Below are positions 8,760 to 16,462 of a stretch of DNA of 20,000 bases, piece after piece (positions within the stretch are counted from its first letter, which is position 1; each line of letters starts with the position of its first letter). The DNA is from an uncultured virus (IMG/VR IMGVR_UViG_3300049629_001705) (Duplodnaviria > Heunggongvirae > Uroviricota > Caudoviricetes). The notes below the pieces were generated by a model. That model saw only the letters and a program-made list of their open reading frames with translations, was not told the DNA's origin and searched no databases. The translations under genes were made by a program, and so were the position numbers. The stretch lies in IMG/VR virus record IMGVR_UViG_3300049629_001705; one strand, given 5' to 3'.

Positions 8760-9365
8760 TTAAATACCAGTACTTCCGAATCCGTTATCACCACGGTCAG
8801 TTTCTTCAAAAGTGTCAACTTCCTCAATTTTTACGAAAAGACCATTTACCACAGGACAAAGTACGGCTTGGGCAACTTTCATATTTTTTTTAATTGTGAA
8901 AGATGAAGGATTGGTGTTAAAAATAGGAACTTTTATTTCCCCCGAATATCCTTGGTCTACGGTACCTGGTGAATTCAGAACCATGATTCCTTGATTGATA
9001 GCCAATCCACTTTTTGTTCTGATTTGGATTTCATATCCCTCAGAAAATTGGAAACTTAAACCTGTGGGAATTAAAGCTCTTCCTAAGGCAGGAATTACTA
9101 TTTCCTCTGTGGAGTATAAGTCAAAACCAGAATCTGAAGGGTAATTGTATGATGGTAAAATTGCGTCAGAGTTTATCTTTTTAACCTTTAAAAGTTTTGT
9201 TTTTGATTCTTTTATAAATTCTTGACTCAGGTCATCAAATGACATCGAGACTAGAGAATCTAACTCGTCTTCGGATTGAGCGTCCATCGATTTAGAGTTT
9301 GCTTCTGATGTTAGTTTTTCTAATAACTGCAAAAGTTCAGAAAATTCTTTGTTATCCTCACTCAT
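8760..9365 (-). CDS. dut: Trimeric dUTPase with ~55-aa acidic N-terminal extension
   Basis: Motifs SGFDL, RTKSGLA, GTVDQGYSGEI, VAQAV and RGDNGFGSTG. Confidence 0.95.
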   Translation of the reverse strand: MSEDNKEFSELLQLLEKLTSEANSKSMDAQSEDELDSLVSMSFDDLSQEFIKESKTKLLKVKKINSDAILPSYNYPSDSGFDLYSTEEIVIPALGRALIPTGLSFQFSEGYEIQIRTKSGLAINQGIMVLNSPGTVDQGYSGEIKVPIFNTNPSSFTIKKNMKVAQAVLCPVVNGLFVKIEEVDTFEETDRGDNGFGSTGI

Positions 9366-10063
9366 TTTAATTGATTTAATTTTTTTATAACGTTTATCAA
9401 AGATAAAACATCCGCTTCACAATAATTTTTTATACCGTCGTAATCTTTCTTTATCCAAAAGGCTTCATGAACTTTATTACCTGTAACCTCCATAGTTTTA
9501 GGTGAGGGTACTCCTAAACAAACACACATCAATTCTAATGATGCAATTGAGCCATACCCTCCGTATTGCCAAACTTCTTTGGTGTCAAGAGCTTTAATTT
9601 CCCATGGCTTAGTGTCGTGACCTGGTAGAATTTTCGGAGGTAAAATTCCATTTATTATCATCCTTTTAGCTAATACAGGAATGTCAAACCCTTTGACATT
9701 GTGTCCACATAAATGAAAACCGAGCTCTCCTACTTTATATAAAATTTTTTGAACTTCTAGTAATAATTTTTTTTCGTCAACATCATTATGTGATTCAATT
9801 TTTACTTCACCTTTTTTGTTTATAAATGCAACACTTACACAAACAATTCTATTAAATTCAGGCACAAGAGCAGCCCTATTGATAAACATTTCAGATATGG
9901 GTTTGTTTGCATCCTCAGGAAACCTTTTTTGAAACCAATCAAAGTAGTTTTCAAACTGAAAAGAGAGAGGTTCGTTATTTTTCTGAAGGGATTCCCAATC
10001 TTTTTCAACACCAACGGTTTCGATGTCTAAAAATAGTAATTTGTCAATAGGGGTGTTTATCAT
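9362..10063 (-). CDS. Predicted 3'-5' exonuclease related to the PolB exonuclease domain (DEDDy; DNA_pol_B_exo2-like)
   Basis: Exo I FLDIETV, Exo II GHNVKGFDIP, LDT and SLE, Exo III YCEADV. Confidence 0.85.
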   Translation of the reverse strand: MINTPIDKLLFLDIETVGVEKDWESLQKNNEPLSFQFENYFDWFQKRFPEDANKPISEMFINRAALVPEFNRIVCVSVAFINKKGEVKIESHNDVDEKKLLLEVQKILYKVGELGFHLCGHNVKGFDIPVLAKRMIINGILPPKILPGHDTKPWEIKALDTKEVWQYGGYGSIASLELMCVCLGVPSPKTMEVTGNKVHEAFWIKKDYDGIKNYCEADVLSLINVIKKLNQLK

Positions 10064-11271
10064 ACAAGTGATTTATAAAATTCAGCTCTTTGTTTGGTAA
10101 CAACTCTCAAGTCGTATTTATCTTTTACAGTCTCATAAAGTCTTTCACCTAAGTCTTTTACCCAATTGGGATTTTTTTGAAGTTTTTCAATATACTTAGC
10201 CCAATCTGAGTGATTTCTGTTTTCATCTACGAGAAGTGCATTACCATCCACAAAATTACCATTTTGAAGTGAATGTACCAAATCTATTGTGTAAGGTCCT
10301 AAATTAGAGGCAATTATTGCTTTTTTATAAAAACCCGCCTCGATTACCTTTAATTGAGATTTCATCCTATTAAACATAGTATTTTTAATAGGGGCCAAGG
10401 ATACGTCAAACTTTGAGTAATTTTTTGCGTAAGACTGAACAGGTTTTGTCCAAACACGAACATATGATTCACTAGTCTCACTTGTATATTCTACTTGGGT
10501 GAAGTCTAATAAGTATTTTTTATATGTTTCTGAAACTATTGAATAATTCTGCGTGAAGATTTTTTCATAATTAGCCCAAACCGTTTCATGTGGTAAAATA
10601 TTTCTTTTCTTGTGTTCACCATTTTGAGGGTTGATTTCTGTGATAGTACCTCTTGTGTCAAATCCACAAAGTACAAATTGTAGGTTTTTGGATATAGAGG
10701 TTAGTTTACTAAACGAACCATCCAATAATTGAATATCGTGTAAATGTGATGAGCCTCCAAGCCAACCAATTCTCAGTCTGTCTGATTCTGAAGTTTTTTC
10801 TTTGAATTGAGATTCATCGGGATTTATTGCATTTGGAAAAACAATTACGTTCTTGTTTATTTTTTTAATTTCATCTGCAAATAGGGAAGTTGTTGTTGTT
10901 ACGTATTTTGCTTCTCTAAGATTTGCAACAATTTTTTCGTTTATCTTATTAAATCTGATTATGTCGTGTATTGGATGTTCTTTGCCTGGCATCCAATAAT
11001 CATCGATATCATCAATTGTGATAACATCAGTAGACTGTAATTTTTTTAACATGTCATTTGATTTCTCAAAATCAGGATTCAAACTTCTGTGAAATGCAAC
11101 AATTTGATATTTTTTGAAAAATTCAATGTCCTCAATAGGTACATCGTAGATTATATCTACATGAAAATCATCAGGATAAAGATTTTGTAAAAAAATGTGA
11201 GGGTCAACAGACCTAAATTTACCAACCCCTGTACGGTCGGAAGGAATAACAAGAACATTGATTTTTGACAT
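10060..11271 (-). CDS. GT-B fold (GT4-like) glycosyltransferase
   Basis: GVGKFRSVDP, DDIDDYW, VFPNAI, IGWLGGSSH and FDVSLAPIKNTMFNRMKSQLKVIEAGFYKKAIIASNLGPY (DxxLAP...KSxLKxxEA motif). Confidence 0.82.
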   Translation of the reverse strand: MSKINVLVIPSDRTGVGKFRSVDPHIFLQNLYPDDFHVDIIYDVPIEDIEFFKKYQIVAFHRSLNPDFEKSNDMLKKLQSTDVITIDDIDDYWMPGKEHPIHDIIRFNKINEKIVANLREAKYVTTTTSLFADEIKKINKNVIVFPNAINPDESQFKEKTSESDRLRIGWLGGSSHLHDIQLLDGSFSKLTSISKNLQFVLCGFDTRGTITEINPQNGEHKKRNILPHETVWANYEKIFTQNYSIVSETYKKYLLDFTQVEYTSETSESYVRVWTKPVQSYAKNYSKFDVSLAPIKNTMFNRMKSQLKVIEAGFYKKAIIASNLGPYTIDLVHSLQNGNFVDGNALLVDENRNHSDWAKYIEKLQKNPNWVKDLGERLYETVKDKYDLRVVTKQRAEFYKSLV

Positions 11272-11325
11272 AAAGTTTTAGTATATTCGAGAAATATAAT
11301 ACTTTAAGTCTAATAAGAAAAGTTG

Positions 11326-11916
11326 TTAAACTATTTTTTTAACTTTTGTAACTTTACCTTCAAAAACGTGTTTACCAACCTTAAAAGTAAATTGTTCGTT
11401 AGTTTTCTCTGTCGATTCAATCAATAAATTGTTTTTTCTCAAAGCCTTATTTACCGCTTCTTCAATCATTTCTTGAACCATACCGTAGTCTATTGAGGGT
11501 GATTGTGGCTTAGAAACCTTTTCTTTTGCACTTTCAGTAATATAGTTACTATCTTGTTTTCTCATCAATCTTGAAGCTTTCTCAACTAATTCATCAGAGA
11601 TAGTCATTTGAGATTGTTGTGGTTGGGCTATTGGGTGTTCAATCATCAATCTTTTTATTTCGTCGGGTAGTTTTGAATTTTTGATTGCTTCCACGGTTGG
11701 AACACCTACGGGCTTTGTATTTTCCCGAGCAACCACATTTTGAGGTGTTTGATTTTCATGTAAAAATTCCTCGGGTATATTGTATTTTGCTGCAGGAACA
11801 TCAAAATTTTGAACCATGTTCATAGGTAAATTATCAGAATGATTCCCTCTTTTCATATTATTAGTAGCATCCATTATAGCTTTGGATTTCATAAGTTTCT
11901 GCATCAATTGGTCCAT
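11326..11916 (-). CDS. Hypothetical protein, 196 aa
   Basis: Long ORF in operon context (2-bp gap to the upstream gene). No family recognised. Confidence 0.75.
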   Translation of the reverse strand: MDQLMQKLMKSKAIMDATNNMKRGNHSDNLPMNMVQNFDVPAAKYNIPEEFLHENQTPQNVVARENTKPVGVPTVEAIKNSKLPDEIKRLMIEHPIAQPQQSQMTISDELVEKASRLMRKQDSNYITESAKEKVSKPQSPSIDYGMVQEMIEEAVNKALRKNNLLIESTEKTNEQFTFKVGKHVFEGKVTKVKKIV

Positions 11917-11918
11917 AA

Positions 11919-12302
11919 TTAAAAATTTGCAATAAATTTTATATCTGAGGCTCTTTTGTCTCCATTCGGATTGAAACCTGGCCTCATTTCATCAAAGGTT
12001 TCTCCTGTAGGGTTCCAAGATAAAATTTTGTCCAATCTAAATAATCTCCAACCCGGCAAAACTCCATCTCCCACCGCCACTTTATGAGATGCCCCTTCTC
12101 TTTCCCAAGCACATAAGTTTAAGTTACCACTGTCTTTGTGTACAAATAAACAAACGGGTTCAACTGACCTTAGTCCTGGTCCTCCAGGTACATCTCCATC
12201 ATAATAGATAGAAATAACCTTTTTATCGTCAATAGCATTACCAATTTCTTCCATTGAAGCTATTTCCAATATTAAAGATTTAAAAATCTTACTAAGTTTC
12301 AT
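11919..12302 (-). CDS. Stand-alone WYL-domain protein
   Basis: AIDDKKVISIYY...RSVEPVCL...NLCAWE...WRLFRLDKI follows the WYL pattern (AI...+.Y...R.V.P..L...(W)YL.A...R.FRLDRI). No HTH domain is present. Confidence 0.75.
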   Translation of the reverse strand: MKLSKIFKSLILEIASMEEIGNAIDDKKVISIYYDGDVPGGPGLRSVEPVCLFVHKDSGNLNLCAWEREGASHKVAVGDGVLPGWRLFRLDKILSWNPTGETFDEMRPGFNPNGDKRASDIKFIANF

Positions 12303-12598
12303 ATCTGAAAGTTCGGATATTGATTACTTGAATTGTATCTGTTTGTTTTTATTCCGTTTCTACGTTCAGCTATATCATCTATAGTTCCCGCAGCAGGGTT
12401 ATAAACATCTAAAAATATACCTGTTCCCCTACCCAATCTGTCACCGTCTGCTAAGGCGTCTTGATTAGTCGCGGAATACGGATTACCAACACCGTTGTAA
12501 TCATTTTTAGGAATAAGTTTTGCTCTTTCTAACTCAGCGATTGCTGTTAGCTGATTAGGAACATCTTGAGATAAATCAATAGGAAGGTCAGTTGCCAT
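12299..12598 (-). CDS. Hypothetical protein, 99 aa
   Basis: ORF with an ATGA overlap to the WYL gene. No family recognised. Confidence 0.7.
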   Translation of the reverse strand: MATDLPIDLSQDVPNQLTAIAELERAKLIPKNDYNGVGNPYSATNQDALADGDRLGRGTGIFLDVYNPAAGTIDDIAERRNGIKTNRYNSSNQYPNFQI

Positions 12599-12602
12599 AA
12601 AA

Positions 12603-13070
12603 TTAAATTTTCGAAATTAAATCGTTTATTTTTTTTAGACTTTCCGTCACGGCCACATCATATTTTTCTCTTGTGGACAAGTGTTTTTGAGAAGGTCTAA
12701 CATTTGTGAAATCCTTTTTTTCATGAGGTTTTATAAATTGATTCTGCATTCCCGTTTCCATTTTGTTTTTCTTCACCGCTTCGGGATTTCTTCTCATAAA
12801 ATCCAACTCATAATTTACCCAATTTTTCATAGGGAAACCACCGTTCAATACAAATGAAGGTTCTTTGTCTGAACCCTTGAAATTGTCAAAAAAATTTTTG
12901 ATTCTTTTGAGTTGTTTGTAAGTGATATAATTTTTATTCTGAAGTTCTTTGTTTCTTTTATATCCTTCGTCATTTTCATTAAAATCCTTCACCTTGTAGA
13001 AACAAATTTTCAAATGTTTCCTCAGGTGTTCTGGAAATTCAATTTCTTTATCGTATAAATTTTTATTCAC
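12603..13070 (-). CDS. Hypothetical protein, 155 aa (GTG start)
   Basis: ORF in operon context with an 8-bp overlap with the upstream gene. Confidence 0.7.
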   Translation of the reverse strand: MNKNLYDKEIEFPEHLRKHLKICFYKVKDFNENDEGYKRNKELQNKNYITYKQLKRIKNFFDNFKGSDKEPSFVLNGGFPMKNWVNYELDFMRRNPEAVKKNKMETGMQNQFIKPHEKKDFTNVRPSQKHLSTREKYDVAVTESLKKINDLISKI

Positions 13071-13863
13071 TTTTTAAAAGTTTTACTAAAGAGGAAATTG
13101 ATATTCCTTCTCTCTCCGCTTGTCTTTTTAAAGATTTAAGATTTTTTTTCAAAATTTTTGAAACGGTAATTTCTTTTTTGTTTACATCAGAACTAACAGA
13201 ATCTTTTGATTTCATCAAAATGTCTTCCAACATTTTGAAAACCTTTTGTTTTCTCAATTCCTCGATTCTCTGTTTTTCGACTAACCTGATTCTCATTTTA
13301 CTACCAGGTTTTTTACCTTTATTTATTTTGACTGTTTTACCGAATTCATTTGCTCTCTCTTTTGCGTTATCAACACCCATGTCCTTCAAAATTTTAATTG
13401 TATCTTCTGGTGTTTTGCCTGAAGTTTCTTCATATCCAAAAGCTTTAGATAAATCTACTTCGTCTACTTCAACAGATTCCCCATAATAAGTTCTATAACC
13501 ACGAGCAATTGGGTCGTTTGTGATTCTTGAGGCGGCAACAGTTTGGTCCATAGTCTTTTTTGGATGTAATGCTGGGTCCAATATTGGAATTTTGGAAAGA
13601 GACATCACACCATCAGAATCTACCAATTCTTCAATTTCTTTTTTTACATCAGAGGTTTTTTTTGGAGATTTTTTTTTGGTCACTTTATTTATGTATCTTT
13701 TTACGGCTTCAACTTTGTCTTTAGGTACCTTGACCATAACATCATTATTTTTTGCTTCGGAAATAGTATTTTCTACCGCAATATATAATGAATAATCTTT
13801 TCCCTTGTTTTTCAAGAAAAAATAATAAGGGGATGAATAATATTCCAAACCTTCTGTAATCAT
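13063..13863 (-). CDS. Hypothetical Lys/Glu-rich protein, 266 aa; first gene of the leftward unit
   Basis: Long ORF directly downstream of the GTATTTAT motif in the divergent intergenic region. Confidence 0.75.
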   Translation of the reverse strand: MITEGLEYYSSPYYFFLKNKGKDYSLYIAVENTISEAKNNDVMVKVPKDKVEAVKRYINKVTKKKSPKKTSDVKKEIEELVDSDGVMSLSKIPILDPALHPKKTMDQTVAASRITNDPIARGYRTYYGESVEVDEVDLSKAFGYEETSGKTPEDTIKILKDMGVDNAKERANEFGKTVKINKGKKPGSKMRIRLVEKQRIEELRKQKVFKMLEDILMKSKDSVSSDVNKKEITVSKILKKNLKSLKRQAEREGISISSLVKLLKSE

Positions 13864-13916
13864 CTTTTGAGTTTTATTCTATAAATACTCGTTGGTAATG
13901 TATTTATCATTAGTTT
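13864..13916. promoter_or_regulatory. Divergent promoter region with inverted ATAAATAC (13881-13888) / GTATTTAT (13900-13907) motif pair
   Basis: This is the only strand switch in the window. The 8-bp inverted repeat has an 11-bp spacer. TATAAATA (T4 late-promoter consensus) lies at 13880-13887, and the same motif recurs at 16155-16167. Confidence 0.55.
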
Positions 13917-16130
13917 ATGTCTTATCAGAATATTAATCAATACAATTTCCAAAAATGGAGACTAATCCCCTTTAATGAGGTTACAGATTTATGTCTTGCT
14001 AGCGATGAAAAAGATTACGACCAAGAAGTGGTTTTTTCTCCATTACTGATAGGGGAGGATGATGGTAATAGAATGCCTTTCAAATTTGATTTTGATTCAA
14101 CAGGTACAACAATATGTCAAAATAATGATTGTCATTTTAGTAGTGATACAATTGTTTCACAAAATTATTGGAATCCATCTGATATTGACCCGAATTTATG
14201 TCCTTCAGCATCTACTCTTTGTGATGTTGGTCTTACGGGAATTGATAATGGGTTAGTAGAGAAAATGTCAGGAGAAACGATTGAAATTACAACTGGGTTA
14301 TACACAAATATTTCTGATAAGTTCAGTAGGTACAAGTATGATAGAAGGATGAAACTACATCCAATAACGGGTTTTACAACAACTCAGAATAGATTATGGA
14401 ACGATGACTCATATACATATCAGTTGGAATATGCCTATGAAAACGCATCTGTAGGTTATGTTGCAGATTTATTCGGTGGATTTTTTCAAGGGTTTTATAA
14501 AATACCCGGTTATGATTATCAGGTATTTCCTGAAAGGGTTAGTTTAGGATGGACTGCCGAATTTATGTTAAAACATAGATGGTGGGGGGACACCTACGTT
14601 GGATTGAATAAAAGATATCCTGAAAACAAGGGTACATTTTTTTATATGGGGGCAAGAGCCGAAAACAAATTTTATCACTATGCAGACGGCTCACCAAAAC
14701 AAGATACAGGTTACACAAGGGTTACTTCAGGATTGACATGTATGCATACTTGTGAGTGTTTGAACACTGGTATTACTGCCGAGCATTCGTGTATTCCTGT
14801 TTATCAACCATCGGGTGTAACATCTTATACCTGTTTGTGTGGTTGTGGTCAACCGACAGCAGAAGCATCTGTACCTGAATTGGACCCGTTATATGATGGA
14901 ATTTCTAATGCTCTATCAGTCAGACTATCTGGAGATAGCGGTAATCCAAGAATATGTGTGAAAACTTATACAATCACAGGTGCTTGCGAATTTACGGGCG
15001 TCTGTACCTCGGCACAAACTTATGTTACGGGAACCTCGGTAAACGAATGGTGTTCGACAAGGGGTATTTTTCATGATTGCGACAATACAAATTATATACT
15101 TCAGGAAAATTGGGTTCAAGTTGACGTTGTTTTTAGAAGACGAGAATATTTTGAGGGATGTGATTTGTTGGATTTGGGAGGATTGGGATTATTGGTTTCG
15201 GAACAATACACCGCAACAACTGCCAACAATAGCTTGAGTTTGATAGAACCACCTCTTACACATAGAGAAGTTTATGACCCAGCAACAACTGAAATTGTAA
15301 AATTCAAAGATTCTTGGATGGAAGAGAAAAATTTCAGAATCGGTGACTTGGAAATTTATATAAATGGTAGATTGTTTATGGTCATTTTGGATTTTGAAGA
15401 AATAATTCCGAGACTTTTAAATACACCAAGAGAGAAACAAATTGGTGTTGGTTATAATATTTCTATTGGGGGAGGAACTCAAGGGTTACATGACAATTTA
15501 ACTTTCTCGGGTGGGTGTCCGCCAACAATTGATGATATCGTTTATCAACAAGACCCTGAATGTTTGACCACTGAAGATTTGAATAATACAATTTATTCGG
15601 GACTTACAACAAACATTAGACTAGAGGAATTATTTGCTGGTAGTTTTATAGGTAATATAAGTGCCTTTAGAATGTATACTGAACCATTGAATGCTGCGCA
15701 GGTTGCACACAATTTCAGGGTTTTGAAAAATAGATATAATTTATTAGACCCAAATTGTCCGAATTGTATAGTTCCACCGCCGTCTCAAACGCCTACACCA
15801 CCTGTAACTCCTACAAATACACCTACTCCACCTGTAACTCCTACAAATACACCTACTCCATCAATTACACCACAAGTAGTTTATTCAGATAATTTATGGA
15901 CAGATTCTGTTTGGAATAATGCTTGTTCGATGGCGGGATATGGACCCGCTAATGTACAAATATATTCATTTGTACCATGGACAGAATTACAACCAGGGGA
16001 TTTTGTTTATGGTAACTTACTTTGTAGCATACCCCCAATAGGTTCAGAAAGTATTATAACTGATGGTGGTAAATTTATTCAAATAGACCCTGGTACTGGT
16101 TTGATTGTAAACATAGGATTATGTCCATAA
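13917..16130 (+). CDS. Putative virion structural protein, 737 aa: Cys-rich, ConA/LamG-like region, Pro/Thr linker, small C-terminal Cys-bounded domain
   Basis: WVQVDVVF...LEIYINGRL...ISIGGG...FIGNISAFRMYTEPLNAAQVAHNF resembles the LamG-like (Laminin_G_3) C-terminal motif. PPVTPTNTPT repeats follow. No signal peptide is visible. Confidence 0.6.
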   Translation: MSYQNINQYNFQKWRLIPFNEVTDLCLASDEKDYDQEVVFSPLLIGEDDGNRMPFKFDFDSTGTTICQNNDCHFSSDTIVSQNYWNPSDIDPNLCPSASTLCDVGLTGIDNGLVEKMSGETIEITTGLYTNISDKFSRYKYDRRMKLHPITGFTTTQNRLWNDDSYTYQLEYAYENASVGYVADLFGGFFQGFYKIPGYDYQVFPERVSLGWTAEFMLKHRWWGDTYVGLNKRYPENKGTFFYMGARAENKFYHYADGSPKQDTGYTRVTSGLTCMHTCECLNTGITAEHSCIPVYQPSGVTSYTCLCGCGQPTAEASVPELDPLYDGISNALSVRLSGDSGNPRICVKTYTITGACEFTGVCTSAQTYVTGTSVNEWCSTRGIFHDCDNTNYILQENWVQVDVVFRRREYFEGCDLLDLGGLGLLVSEQYTATTANNSLSLIEPPLTHREVYDPATTEIVKFKDSWMEEKNFRIGDLEIYINGRLFMVILDFEEIIPRLLNTPREKQIGVGYNISIGGGTQGLHDNLTFSGGCPPTIDDIVYQQDPECLTTEDLNNTIYSGLTTNIRLEELFAGSFIGNISAFRMYTEPLNAAQVAHNFRVLKNRYNLLDPNCPNCIVPPPSQTPTPPVTPTNTPTPPVTPTNTPTPSITPQVVYSDNLWTDSVWNNACSMAGYGPANVQIYSFVPWTELQPGDFVYGNLLCSIPPIGSESIITDGGKFIQIDPGTGLIVNIGLCP
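15798..15860 (+). repeat. Perfect 30-bp tandem duplication encoding PPVTPTNTPT
   Basis: ccacctgtaactcctacaaatacacctact occurs at 15798-15827 and 15828-15857, followed by cca. Confidence 0.92.
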
Positions 16131-16154
16131 TTCCAAATTTATTTTGGAAACAAA

Positions 16155-16167
16155 GTATTTATAAATA
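16155..16167 (+). promoter_or_regulatory. Putative late-type promoter motif GTATTTATAAATA (contains palindrome TATTTATAAATA)
   Basis: Lies in the 44-bp gap before ATG 16175 and contains both GTATTTAT and TATAAATA, as in the 13864-13916 region. Confidence 0.5.
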
Positions 16168-16174
16168 AAAAAAT

Positions 16175-16453
16175 ATGGCCTGTAGTAAACTATCTCTAAC
16201 TAACACCGGTAGTACAGTTGTTTCTTTCAACTATCAAGAATGCAGTAATTCAGAATGGGAATATCAAGTTCAGTTGAATCCCAACGAAACAAAAAATATT
16301 TGGTGTGTGACAAGTACATTTTCTTATGCTGCGGGTTTCAATATTATTATTTCCGAAACAACATTCCCTCCAACACCAACACCAAGTAATACACCCGAAC
16401 CCACTCCTACACCAACACCAACACCAACACCAACACCATCGTCAGCCCCTTAA
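16175..16453 (+). CDS. Small Cys-containing protein with C-terminal (PT)n tail; paralog of the N-terminal domain of the downstream giant protein
   Basis: MACSKLSLTNTGSTVVSFNYQECSNSEWEYQVQLNPNETKNIWC aligns without gaps to MNCVKYSIKNSGTTVVTFSYQRCDNSEFESQVKLAPNQNKTIWA. Confidence 0.8.
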   Translation: MACSKLSLTNTGSTVVSFNYQECSNSEWEYQVQLNPNETKNIWCVTSTFSYAAGFNIIISETTFPPTPTPSNTPEPTPTPTPTPTPTPSSAP

Positions 16454-16462
16454 ATAAAAAAA

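Noticed and set aside
187..11271. Cellular O-antigen/capsule locus
   Set aside because: No wzx/wzy/wzz, ABC exporter or initiating transferase is present. The cluster is interleaved with dUTPase, PhoH and phage-like hypotheticals. A cellular origin is disfavoured but not excluded, as no capsid or terminase gene is in the window.
11272..11325. Internal promoter upstream of the GT-B gene (minus strand TAGACT...TATATTTC...TATACT)
   Set aside because: This is the largest gap in the leftward run and may be regulatory. However, the spacing fits neither sigma70 (21-bp spacer) nor the Bacteroidota -33/-7 consensus, so no feature is called.
383..15119. Short ORFs nested in or antisense to long genes (e.g. 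383-628, 3646-3834, 4234-4470, 7469-7708, 13178-13486, 13520-13795, 14059-14256, 14925-15119)
   Set aside because: They overlap well-supported longer genes and carry no recognisable motifs.
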